A DNA stretch of 64,000 nucleotides, taken from contig CM022675.1 in assembly GCA_012295275.1 (NCBI GenBank), positions 9,176,001-9,240,000 of the forward strand, in the 5' to 3' direction. The translations under genes and the position numbers were made by a program. Of this stretch, positions 43,408 through 58,765 are shown piece by piece; within the stretch, counting starts at the first letter, position 1; each line of letters opens with the position of its first letter. Source of the stretch: Chrysomallon squamiferum (taxonomy: Eukaryota; Animalia; Mollusca). The notes under the pieces were generated by a model that saw only the letters and a list, made by a program, of their open reading frames with translations, ran no database searches and was not told where the DNA came from.

Positions 43408-44587
43408 AATAAATAAATAAATAAATTAAAAAAAGAATATTAATAAAAGAATAAAATAAAATAAGATAAAACGTTTAGCCCCATTCAACAAAAATAAAGA
43501 ATAAATCATATTTTGCTTCTTTTTTTCTTCCCACACAAATTAATACATGTTGATCTATCCCAACATACTGAAATGATTAACATTAAGAAGAAACAATACA
43601 TATATCAAAAATAAAAGAAAGAAAGGATAAAAAAAAAAAAAAAAAAAAAAAAGAAATCTGTTCATTTAACAAGGTAACAGAACTTGCATTGTCTTCCCGT
43701 TTCTTTGAAATTCAAAATGGCCGCCCTTCGTAATTAAACCTTATCTCGGTGCCTTCTGCTGCGTCTGGGACACTCGGAGGCGAAGTCTGCGGAACTGGTC
43801 AACTACAAAAGACAATGCCCAACTGGACAACGGCTCCGGCAAAAGATCAAAGGATTAGAAACAACAAAAGCGGTTAGTGTATTATTCTCCGCAGATTTCC
43901 CTTGTCTGAAGGCGCCGCTAAAAGACGGACGCGGCACGAGGTGCATAACGGTTCCGCGTTTAGCTCCGACGGCTAAAATACAGGTTATTCGCGTCCGCAC
44001 CTTTTGTTCGTTTTTGTTTATACATTTAACTTTGATGTGCACGTTAATATCCAGTGAAGAAGTGTTTGGGGTTAGCCGTGAATAAAGAAATGTATTTCAG
44101 CTTCGCAGGTCCCCGCTAATCTTCATGGTAAATCACAGCTGAAAAATGAAAAATCGCCTTTGGCCACACTTTTGTGTGTTCGCCATTGAAGAGATTTGTC
44201 AGTTAAGTACAGGCCGGGGTGGGAAAGATGCATGATGCTTATTGATTCCGTGTGTGAGTGTGAGTGTGTGTGTGTGTGTCATTGTTTTCGAAATTTGTAG
44301 AAATAAATGTGTTTGCGTGCGGAAAGGGTTTAGTTGTGTTTTCATGCTTTGATTCTTTGCAGAGTTGGTTGAGAAAGGTAAAGAGAGGATGTCGTGTGTG
44401 TTTTTGTGTGTGTGTGTGTATGTGTGTGTGTATGTTCGTGTATGTTTATATGTTTTTGTATGTACATAAGCATTTGTATACTAGTGCCTGTCTATATATC
44501 TATCTATCTCTCTATTTTTCCTGCACTCTCTGTTTGTCTTTTTCTGTCTATCTCTGTTTGTCTTTTTCTGTCTATCTCTGTTCTTCT

Positions 44588-46856
<2,269 letters not shown>

Positions 46857-46900
46857 CTTCTTTTTCTTACTACCACTACTACTATTACTACTACTACTAC

Positions 46901-46985
<85 letters not shown>

Positions 46986-47050
46986 TCAGTTATTTCTTTT
47001 GTTTTATTTCATTAGATTGTAACGAACCAGAGAACACCCGGATAATGTTG

Positions 47051-47097
<47 letters not shown>

Positions 47098-48342
47098 GGA
47101 AAAATAATAAATAAAAGAAAGAAATAGAAAAAAAAAAAAAACGTGTTGATTTAAAAAACTACAAACAATCGACGAACGTCGGCGTATTAGCGAAATCAGA
47201 TTCATAAATCAAAAAAAAAAACAAGGACGACGTAGATTCACCTTTGTGTCGTCGTCTGCTTGTCGCTCACGCGGGGCGCGAACAAAATGAATGTCAGGGG
47301 GAAGTAATTCTAATCAAAGACGAATGCGGGTAAACGGACACCGCTTAGAAGGAACCCTGACAACGGCGAAGAATGGCGAGGTCTTTAAGAAGTTCAACAC
47401 ACCTGCATTGCCAGATCGATTAAGATGTTTCGTTTTTCGGTCGAGAATCGGACACGAACGACACGGCGCGTGCAGTAAGTGTGACACACCCTCATGTTAG
47501 TGTCGCCCGAGACAACAAGAAGTCATGATTCTCCAGGATGTATATATGTATCTTTTGTGGAGGATAACTTACTCCGGGACAATGTGCCCGTTCTGTCGAG
47601 AGTGCATGCCACGTGACCAGGTGAGAAGAAGAAAAAAAAGAAAAGAAAAGGGAAAAGACAAACAGTGTGTATAATCAACTGATAAAAAAAAAAACTGATG
47701 TCATGGAGGCAGCCATATTTCACAGCTTTTCATAATAATAATAATTTTTTTTTTTTTTTTTTTTTTTTTTTGTCTTCCAAAAGAGGATTAAAGAAACCAT
47801 GAAAACGACCTCATACATCTGCAGCAATGATGATGATGATGAAGAAACACACACACAGAGACAGAGAGAAAAAAAAAAAATCCATGATAGACTTAGGGCA
47901 TAATTTGCCCTTTGAGATTCTTCATGTTAACGACCCAGCGCCCTATATTCCGTATTCATTGTCTTTGTCGTGGTGTTTTGCCGCCCGCTGAGAAAATAGG
48001 TCACACGTCTTACACAAGTCTATTCTTCATTTATTTCTTTGTGTTTTTTCCTCCGTCTTTAAGAACGCTCCATTTAAAAAATGATTAGTCCGTTTTCGAG
48101 TAATGAATTTAATGTAATCTAAGGTTTCAGTTTTGTTTTTAATAAAGAGATAGTTTATAGGTTGATGACACGAATTTAAAAACTGGATAGGTTTATCAAC
48201 TGTAAGACATACACGTACATACGTCATATATACGATAACACACGAACAAACAGACACACAAATATACTACTACTATTACTACTACAAAAATAACAACAAT
48301 ACTGCTACTACTATTATAATAATGATAAAGGTAATATTGGTT

Positions 48343-48378
<36 letters not shown>

Positions 48379-48483
48379 ATAGTAGTAAAACAATGATGAT
48401 GATAATAATAATAATATTAATTAATAAATAAATAAGCAAATGTGATATGAACATAACCAGAAATTTATTATTTTTCTTTTCGG

Positions 48484-48517
<34 letters not shown>

Positions 48518-51352
48518 ATTATTGTTATCGTTGTTCTTCTTTTTCTTATTAATTATTATTTTGTGGCCTAATATCCGGCTTCTATACATATAAAAACATT
48601 ATTAGGATTGAGAATGCGGATGTCCTGGAAGAAAACTGCTGTATAAAAATGCACGTGTTCCATGAATCAGTAATTTAACTTCTTTATTCCTAGATTATAT
48701 GGGTTATATATGAAAATAATTTGTTCAAGACAAGAAATCGGTTTTCAAAACAAAATTTATATATTCGAGTCATTTATCTCCGAATCTTGATGTGAAAGGT
48801 GAAATAACATAGAAGCTTCAAAATCACTAACACATAACATCAAGAGGAAGAAGGACAAAAACAAGAAACTGATGATAATGATGGTGAACAACAACAACAA
48901 CTCATAAACAGATTGTAAAAGTTTACAGTTTGATATTTCTGCAAAAACATTTTTTACTAAATTCGTAACACGGTACGATGTAACCCAAACAGAGCCCCAA
49001 ATGGTACAGCTTAACGGAGACAATGTCGTCCTGCAAGTGAAAATTTAGGAAATCGACTCTGCGATTTTCTTGTTATCTGAACAGCTTTAAATTACTGAAA
49101 ACTTTTCTTTCCAATACTCTTTCGCTTATTCACTTGTCTGCGACACATTCTACCTGTACTGACCGATGACGTAATTTGTTTACTGGAAACAACAATGTAT
49201 TCCTACGCACTTTTGACTTTAGCGCATAGCTTATGCGTTACCTCCCTTACTTCAAAACGGTTTCCTCTATGACTAATCTGTGAACTGCGAATGAGCAAAT
49301 GTATGTAAACTACCAAAGGTCACAAAAACAAAGCGAAACGGCCAGTTAATATTTGTCAGTATGGCTAAAGTAAATATGCAAGTTCCGTACATTGTAATTT
49401 GTCTTCGTGTATGGTACGACCTTGCGTGAATTAAATCAATTATGAGCTATTGTAATGAATAATAAAAAAGTGATAATATATGTTGTTTTATGTCAACCTT
49501 TTCTTTTACTTTGCGTACGCTATTCTACTGATTCAGGAAGAGGAGAAGAAGAAGAAGAAATGGAATAAATAAATAAATAAATAAATTGTAACAACTAATT
49601 ATGGCGAGAAAAAAAAAAGTGTATTTATTTAATAACCTATAAATAAAATATTATTAAATAATAAATTTACCATAACATTGGTATTTTATTAATGTTATTA
49701 AGTGCTTTTGTTTAACTTAATCTTTGAAAAATAAAAATAATAACAATAATAATAAAAAATAACAATAATAAAAATAAAATAAGGAGCTATACAAAATCAA
49801 AAAGAACATTAGCAATCAGCTATTTTTGTCCCGACGAATATTTAAATGAAGTTTCTTTGTTTGTCATTCACTTTATCTCCTGACATGCACGTGACTGTCC
49901 GGAAACGAGCTAAGCCAGCTAGGACTTCCGTTTTATGTAAAACTAAGGCGGAAATCACGTGACACACCCACTTGTGATACGAACACCTCCGATGATTGCA
50001 GAAGTACTTAAAAGACAAATAATACCGCTTAAAGGTATTTGTAGAAAATTCTGACGTCTTTGTTTAGAAAGATAAATATCTCTGTTTTTGTTGTAGTATT
50101 GGCGTGTAGTAGCAACAACAACGAATAATAGTAACATCAATAAAAACAACAGCAGCAGCAACAACAACAACAACAATAATATTATATTATTTTTTGACAT
50201 ATAAAATACATTAGTTAATTTGTTATAACTGTTTTAATTATTTAAATTTAATAATAATAACATCATCAACAACAGCAACAACAATCAGAAGAAGAAGAAA
50301 AATAAAGCAAAAAATAAATAGAAGATGATGATAGAAAAAAAAAAAAGATAAATAAATAAAAATAAAGAATGAAGAAACAGAAGAACAGTGACAAAAAATA
50401 TCATTACTATTGTTATCTTCTATTAACAAAAATGACGTTCCGCTAAAGACACGTTCAGACAATCTGTCTGCGTGTTACAATCAACACAATATGAATTTCA
50501 TTAACGGGATTAGAACACTGGATCCGTCAGCCATGAAATCGCCATGCGTCAAAGGTTCTTTTTAAAAACCAATCCATTTATTTTGATTTCGCGATCGGCC
50601 ATTACTAGTCACTTAAATAAGTATGAAATACGCCGCTAGGAGGCGCGTCTACCCGACTGGTGTACCTGGCGCGTGGCACGCGGAACATGTCGCGTGCAGA
50701 TTTCATGCTCTGCTGGATATAGGCTTCATTTTACGGGTCTGTCGTATTATTTAATGATGTGCCTCCGTTGAGACCGCGTTTCTTCGCTACCTGTGAAAAG
50801 ACTATGTAAATATGTGTTCCGCACTCGAGACCAGGCTTTTCCGAGTACTTTCATCATGTTGCGTTAGTTTAGGAACTGTTTGTTAGACAGATCTGCGTTA
50901 AATAAATGCATTTGCATTTGCGTGTGTGTGTGTCTGTGTGTGTGTGTGTGTTTGAGTATGCATATATGTATATTTTTTATGTGTGCATGTATATTTGTAT
51001 GTATGTATATATATGTTTTTATTTATTTTGTCTCTTTGTAAGTGTGTATGTATGTATGTATGTATGTATGGATGTTTTGTGTATAAAATAGATATAAGAA
51101 TGTGCATCTGTGTGTATATGTGTATGTGTATGCGCGTATATATATATATATACACACACAAACACATTTGCAGATTCTTATGTGTATATGTATGTAAGTG
51201 TTCATATATGTATGAATGCATTCCTGTTTGTATGTATGTATGATGGATCTGTGTGTGTTTATGTGTGTGTGTATATGTGCGTGTGTGTGGGTGCTTGAGG
51301 CCTGCAATATCACCAACAAAAATGTAATGTGTAGATATAAGGATTCCGGTTC

Positions 51353-51416
<64 letters not shown>

Positions 51417-53223
51417 ATCCCAAAAATTCTTAAATATATATACTGGAACATTTACTGGGATATATCATTCAGCTATATCAATCTGTTAAAAATAAATAAA
51501 ATACATGTAAAGACATTTAAAATAAGTCAGATAATTTTTTGTTTTTTTTTTGTTTTTTGTTTTATCAAAATGATTTACAAATCGTAACTTTATTAAGAAA
51601 AGGATATACGTAAAAATCTTGCCAAACCTTATTTCATTGTTAGAAAAACGTTAGTGGCGTCTTTTAATTTCTAGAATCTTCTTACGTGATAAATAAACGT
51701 AGCATTTCATTTGGCCTGGTTTCAAAGATTTGTAAAATACGTCCTTTAAAAAAAAAAAAAATGTATTGTTGGTTATCTGAAAACGTCATATGCACCACCT
51801 TTTGTTTCTCGAGTTATGAAACGTATCTATAAATAAATAAATAAATAAATCAAAGTAAATCAAATCAAATATAATAAATTATTACATTCTCAAAACATTC
51901 AGTAAAACAGCCAACGTATTAGTGAAGTCAGTTTTGATTATTTAATACAAAAATAACATTTCCTTCACTTTCTTTTTTCTATTCTTATTTTATTTTATTT
52001 TTTTGCCTTTACATTTATTCGTATTCGGAAGAAAATAACAGAAAGTGAATCGAGTTATTTTCGGTGTTCGAATTTTAATTTATTATTATTATTATTATAA
52101 TTATTATTATTATTATTATTTTAGAAATATTACGCAACATGCAATTTACGTCAGTTGAATGACCAACAAACGGTAAATCCCACCATTACAATACTAAACC
52201 AACATTGACATCTTTAGTGCAGTCGTAATTTTAGATTGACAATTTTCAGACAATAACTTCCGCAGCAGGCTACATGGTCATATATTAAGCTCTGTGCGTG
52301 CGTGCACGTGCCAAGTTCCGCGCTCTTTTGAGAGCAGACGTAACAAGGCTTCCAGAAAAGGTGTAACCTGGTCAAGGGTGGTTATTTCCTCCTGCACGCG
52401 CAGGTAGGCTGCTGTGAAGCCACTGACGGGGAATAAACCCATTAATTTTCAAATAATGGAAACAATAAAAGTACACAACGTCCGAGTATCAAAGAGTTAC
52501 AGATGTGCCTGATATTTCCGTGATCGACGTCATGCAGACGTCATAAACATACAGTTAATTTTAGCTAGTCGAGCAGAAAATATAATTCAAAATTTATAGA
52601 CTGTCTACGAGTTTCATTATTTAATATATGGAATATTTAATTCTTGCATGAACGCATTTTGAGCCCATAGAGTTTTAGGGTCTCCGAATCTGAAGGTGGA
52701 AATTAAATTATAATACAGAATAATGCTCTGTAACGTTTCGCTAGATAGTCTTGTCGACTTGACATTAAATAAAGTCTCCCAAAAAAGAAAAAACAAAACA
52801 AAACAAAACAAAAAAACAAACAAACAAAAACACACAAAAAACAACAACAATAAGAATAACAACAAACAAAACGAAACAAAACAACAAAGACTTATGTTTT
52901 ATTCTGTATTAAATTCTACCAGATGTTTCGTATCAGTAGCTTCCAGTATCTTATAAAATGTACATTCTACATTTATATTAGCTTCTGAAATTATATATTT
53001 CATTTTTTAACAAGCTAATATCAGATATTTCAGCATAGGACCAAGGCCTTAATTTTATGATAATCTTTTGGAAATCATGCTTAAAAATATTGTTTTAACG
53101 AATAATGCATTAGTAGAAACCGTGACTAGCGAATTTGCTTTTGTTGTTGGTATTGTTTAAATAACCGACTAATATTGGTGGCAAAAAGATGCAGACGAAA
53201 ATTAATTGTTACGCGGCAAATTT

Positions 53224-53286
<63 letters not shown>

Positions 53287-53385
53287 CAACTCTCTTTAAT
53301 GTTAAACTGGGATAGGCGGACCCCAAGTATATTGCCCCAATTTTAAAAAGTAACTATTGCATATTATTATTATTATTATTATTAA

Positions 53386-53419
<34 letters not shown>

Positions 53420-53603
53420 GAATTTTAAGCTTCCAATTAGTCTAATGATGACATCGATGAGTCACAGTTAATTTATGACATTAGTAATCCACGCGCAGTG
53501 ACGTCATTGACAGCCGTGTTAATAGTAAATCTCGGCTGTTTAAAGTTGATATATTTTATTACTTTTTTTTTTTTTTTTTTTTTTATAGGTAGGAGTCTGC
53601 TGT

Positions 53604-53634
<31 letters not shown>

Positions 53635-54831
53635 GTTGTATTTGATCTTTACTCGTACACACATCTCTATTCCCCTATCATCGCAACCAATTCACTGCAT
53701 GAGCCATAAATGTAAAAGATAAATATCAAGACAATTTATTTACGTTAAACTTTCTACATTTCACAGATAAACGACTGGACTAAATGCACTTTTTATTTCA
53801 GACAAACATCGCAAGCGTTTTACTGGAATTAGAGCTTTGGGAAAATGGAATTATGGGAAATGCAAGTCTCGTCTCCAACCGTGACATAATGGCGTAGAAA
53901 TTTCGAAAATGTATATTTAGTCTCTATAGTAATACGTCGTGCGTCTGCTCAGAAACAATGGAGGTCTCTAAAAACGTGATACAAAACAAAGTTCTCCTGG
54001 ATTACAGCCGCGTCTGGGTTAGAAAGACAATTTAGAGATAATTCATCGTTTGTGAAGAAAGTGTCATAGTTAACAATACATTCAGCAAACGTCCCTATTC
54101 CGGCCTGTATAATTATAAACCCATCCCTCTACAAAACTGCAAATTGCCACAAGAGCCTTCACCTACCCCTCCCCCCCCCGCATACACTTCAAAAATGCAA
54201 ACTGCCACTACAGTGTCAATTTATCACCCCCCCTCCTCCTCCTCCTCCGCATCTACTCATACTTCCAAAACTGGAGACTGCAGCTACGTTCACAATCCAC
54301 CTCATTTTCCCCGAACGCTGACATTTCCCCCACCCTCATAAATCGCTCTTTAAGTGGTCAATTTAACGTTGCGCAGCGCGAGGAAGAAAACCGGTCTAAA
54401 CTGCCAGTTTTGAATTGCGCCACAGACGTCCGTGGGCCAGTCGCACACCTGCCCGTACGCACGCTACGGACACTGCTTGTAAACTGCCCACGTGCATTGC
54501 AGTGTCTTCATTTCATTGTCGGCTGCCTGCTCCCGTATTGGCGTGAAAAATTAAAATTTTATGATTTACGACGGCGGTTGAATCATAGCAAGAACGGCCG
54601 ATAATTTATCACCAGATCCGATTTTAATGATGTCGATTTGTTGTTCTTAATCCGCGAGAATCGACAATTAAATGTAAGTGGAAAGAAAATTATCACGATA
54701 AATAACTCTTAATTCAGTTTTGCACATATTTCCGAATACGATAAAACTGACTTTCATTGAGGGGAAAAAAGGCATAACCTTAATTTCTAAACGAAAGTTA
54801 TCAAGATTAACATATATCATTTCATACGTGA

Positions 54832-54863
<32 letters not shown>

Positions 54864-56327
54864 TTTTTAAAAAAAATAATTTGTTAGTAAATTCCTTCTT
54901 TTTTAGATAGCGATCCACTAAATTACGCTCTTTGTTAACGATAACTTTCTCTTCGCATCACTACCTTTTATTAAGCTACATTATCAGTTTCGCTATGCCC
55001 CACTAAATATCAGTGTACCCCACCAAAATCCATTATGCCCACCGCATGACTTATCCCCCCCCCATCTCCAGCGCCTGACATTACCATTGCTGAACCTGGG
55101 CCCAGAAGGTGCCATTAATTCTATGACTAACATTTTCGAAAATCTGTCAATGGCAAAAATATCATCGTGAACGAAACACTTTCGTCGCGCACACTCTGAA
55201 AACAAACCCGTTAATTATATTCTTTACATCATAATTTGACACAGTGGAACTCTCAATGAGGAAAACAATAAATTTGAAAAAAAAAAAAAAAAAAAAAAAA
55301 AACCTTAACCGAAAGGAATTTTTTTTGTTCTTTATGCACAATTCGCCATTATGTGCAGGGATCTTAAACGGGATTTAACCTTCGATTGAAGCACGGTTAA
55401 TGCTCTCATTCTTTATTGGATTTTTAGCTTTAAAAAAAATAAAAATAAAAATAAAAGAAAATAAAAAATAAAAATAAAAATAAAAGAAGCTTCCAGTATT
55501 CTTTTGTCCGGTTTTGAGGCCCAGCCCCCATAACAAGAAAGATAACCGAGCACGGGGTTAGGGTATGGCAGATGGCACTGTACCAATAACGTGGCATCGG
55601 CGGCCATATTTGCTTTACAAGGTGAAAACGGTCTCTGGAGAGTCAAATCTGTGCAGGTTTTGCAACGGTTTTTTCCGCCGACGATGGCGAACAAAAACCG
55701 CACAAAATCTTTACACCTTCTGAGTACTTCAGGTGAATTTTCATAGCAGATGGGCTTGACAAAATGGCTTTTGTAAGTTTCCATTTAGACTCATAATGGT
55801 ACTGTAGGGACGGGGCTCGTCTTAAGCATTTTCCACACTTCTGTTGTTAGCGTTTTGGTCGGGGGTGTAATTGCATTAGAATTGCAAATGACATTAAACT
55901 TTCTACAGACATATCTTGTCATTTGCCGTGTACGCCATTTGCCACTTTACTTTCCGTGTTAGCAACGCCAAAACGTCGACAGAATGCATTAATTAAAACC
56001 TAACCGAAAAATCGTTTGTACTTGGTTCATGATTGAAAAGGTCGTTTTGTTAGAAGAGATAAAAAAAAAAAAAAAAAAAAAAAAAAATAAAAAAAATAAA
56101 ATAAAAAGGAAGAAAGGGGGGAAAAAGGAATTAAGAAAACAATTAAAGAAAGGAAAAAAATAAAGAAGAAAAAAAAACAAATGAAGAAAAGAAAGTGAGA
56201 AATAACCAAACAGAACAGTTGTAACTGGTTTTTAAAACACTTTTCTACGTGTGTGTGTGTTTTAGTGTGCGCATATATGTGAAATAGAAATCCAGAAATG
56301 ATGATGATGATGATGATAATAATAATA

Positions 56328-56379
<52 letters not shown>

Positions 56380-56517
56380 TAATAGAAGAAGAAGAAGAAG
56401 AAAAAAACAATAACATCAAAAAGAATAATTATAATAATCCAGCATTAATAACATAAATAAATATATAAATGAAATAAAATAAAATAAAATAAATAAATTA
56501 TATTACAGCACACTGAA

Positions 56518-56577
<60 letters not shown>

Positions 56578-56587
56578 TTTATTATTA

Positions 56588-56620
<33 letters not shown>

Positions 56621-57319
56621 AATTCTACATTATTATCTTCTTCTTTTAATCTTCTTTACTTTTTCTTTTTTTTCATTTGGAAATTTATTTTAACCGCAAA
56701 CGATCAAACGGAAGTAGGACACGGAATGCGTAATCACATTTTTTCAATTCGTGCCTGACGTAAAAACATGGACCAATCGCCCGAGATATTCATGCGCAAT
56801 CGTGTGTAACAGAGAAATTAAATTTGTCAAAACTGCTCTTTCTAGTTTCGATGGCTGATGGTTTGTAGTCACGTGATTCCTCAGTTCTAAGTGATTAACG
56901 GGAACGAAAATCTATTAAAAAAAAGCACCGCGGAACAAAGGTACAAAATGCGGCAAAATGTAACGGTGCGCGCGCATTTATAATGTAATAAAATTCCAAA
57001 CCAACTGCCGTACCAAATGTCCAGTTTTATTTAAATAAATAAATGAATAAATAATAGATAAATAATAATAAATTAAGAAATTAATAATGTTGGTCATGAT
57101 GATGATGATGATGATGATGATAATAAATAAATAATTATGGCGAAAATAAATAAATAAATAAATAAATAAGTAAGTAAATAAATAAATAAAGAAGTAAATA
57201 AATAAACAAATAATGATCATATAAATAAATTTAAAAACAAAATGAAATTTACTGGTTCTTTTGTTCTTTTTGTTTTAATAAATTAATCAGTCACAAACAT
57301 TTAATTACATGTAGATTTC

Positions 57320-57361
<42 letters not shown>

Positions 57362-57597
57362 TGCTTACAATTAATAAATCAAATATATATATATATATAT
57401 ATATTTGGATTAAAATATTTTATAAAAAATGAAATTATAAAAATACAAAATCTTAAATTAAATTGATTAAAGAAACTGCAAATACACCTTACATCATTTC
57501 CTATTAATAGCAGTCCGTTTCTGTAATTTTGAATAAACAAAACAATTTTACAAAAATAAATTAATCTCATAAATGCCCTTAAATTAAATGAATTAAT

Positions 57598-57648
<51 letters not shown>

Positions 57649-57681
57649 CATAATAATAATAATAATAATAATACATTTCAA

Positions 57682-57721
<40 letters not shown>

Positions 57722-58108
57722 CTTCACCAAAACTGCATCAAATAACAAACAAAAATTTCAAAATCAAATATACAAAAATTAACACCAAAAAAAAACAACA
57801 TGAAAAAAATCAACACACATACACACACACGCACACAAAATCCATTTCCCCACCACAAAAAGGGACAGAAGCCACATTCAAGAAAAGGTGTTATTTATTA
57901 TATTATTCAGTAATTAACTAACAGACCTCCAATCCCACAAAGACGATTAATTAATCGTTTTTATTAATCCAGTTAGTATCGAATTTTTTAAAAATGATTG
58001 TTAGGCAGTGCGAGCTAACAGCGTTGAATGATATAGGATTACATCGAATTAAAAATTACATCAGTAGTAAATCAGCCTCCTAACAGGCAAGCAATTCTGA
58101 TTACGTGA

Positions 58109-58148
<40 letters not shown>

Positions 58149-58329
58149 AACCTGCCTACATCAAAGAACACAACGAAAAAGATCAAAGGTGTAAGCAATG
58201 TCTTGAAATTCTTAGAAAAAAAAAGAAGAAAAAAAAGAAATCAAAACAGCGAATTTTATAACCTTAAGATATCTTAACATATGCTTGGGGATTAGATAAG
58301 AAACTGAAGAAATTAGCGAAAAAGAATTC

Positions 58330-58707
58330 CAGGTGAACCTATCAAAAATAAGGTTATGTATAAATGGAAGAACTATTCTAACAGCGGATGCCTCTACTGT
58401 TCTCCAAGAGTAAATTGGCTTGGGGCACCTGACTGGGCTGTGATGTGTCATTCGGTTATGCCGCTACATAAATCGAAACTAAAATATCCCGCTTGCCTTT
58501 TCGGTGTACACAATGCACATTTTCTATCACATCTCGCACTCTCAAAGCTAATCAGATTATACACAATTTTCAGGAAACACGCGGTAAGAAGGAAATTCAT
58601 CGTCAATTTCCAACCTGAGAACTTTAGTGACCGGAAGCTGTCACTGCAAATAACGGTACATGCGCATTTTATCAAGGTCCTCTAACTGAACCAGCTTAAA
58701 TGAAAAC
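58330..58707 (+). promoter_or_regulatory. Candidate proximal promoter / 5'UTR of the ZEB-like gene (TATAAAT at 58359-58365, flanked by CAGGTG 58330 and CACCTG 58426)
   Basis: Motifs read directly. The TSS is not determinable, and an upstream non-coding exon is possible. Confidence 0.4.
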
Positions 58708-58765
58708 ATGGAAGAGGTAACCAGGTGCGGGCGGAGAAAACAGAGAAATCCGAGAAGAAAAAATG
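58708..58765 (+). CDS. ZEB: First coding exon of a ZEB/zfh1-family zinc finger E-box-binding homeobox transcription factor; the rest of the gene is beyond the window
   Basis: ATG GAA GAG GTA ACC AGG TGC GGG CGG AGA AAA CAG AGA AAT CCG AGA AGA AAA AAT G|GTGAGT = MEEVTRCGRRKQRNPRRKN plus a phase-1 donor. This aligns with ZEB1 MADGPRCKRRKQANPRRNN and ZEB2 ...RCKRRKQANPRRKN|V, where the exon ends at the same point as recalled. In-frame upstream stop TGA at 58687-58689; consensus donor. Confidence 0.82.

Noticed and set aside
55560-55610. atggcact (miR-183-family seed-like) sequence
   Set aside because: The rest of the mature sequence does not match and no complementary arm is visible.
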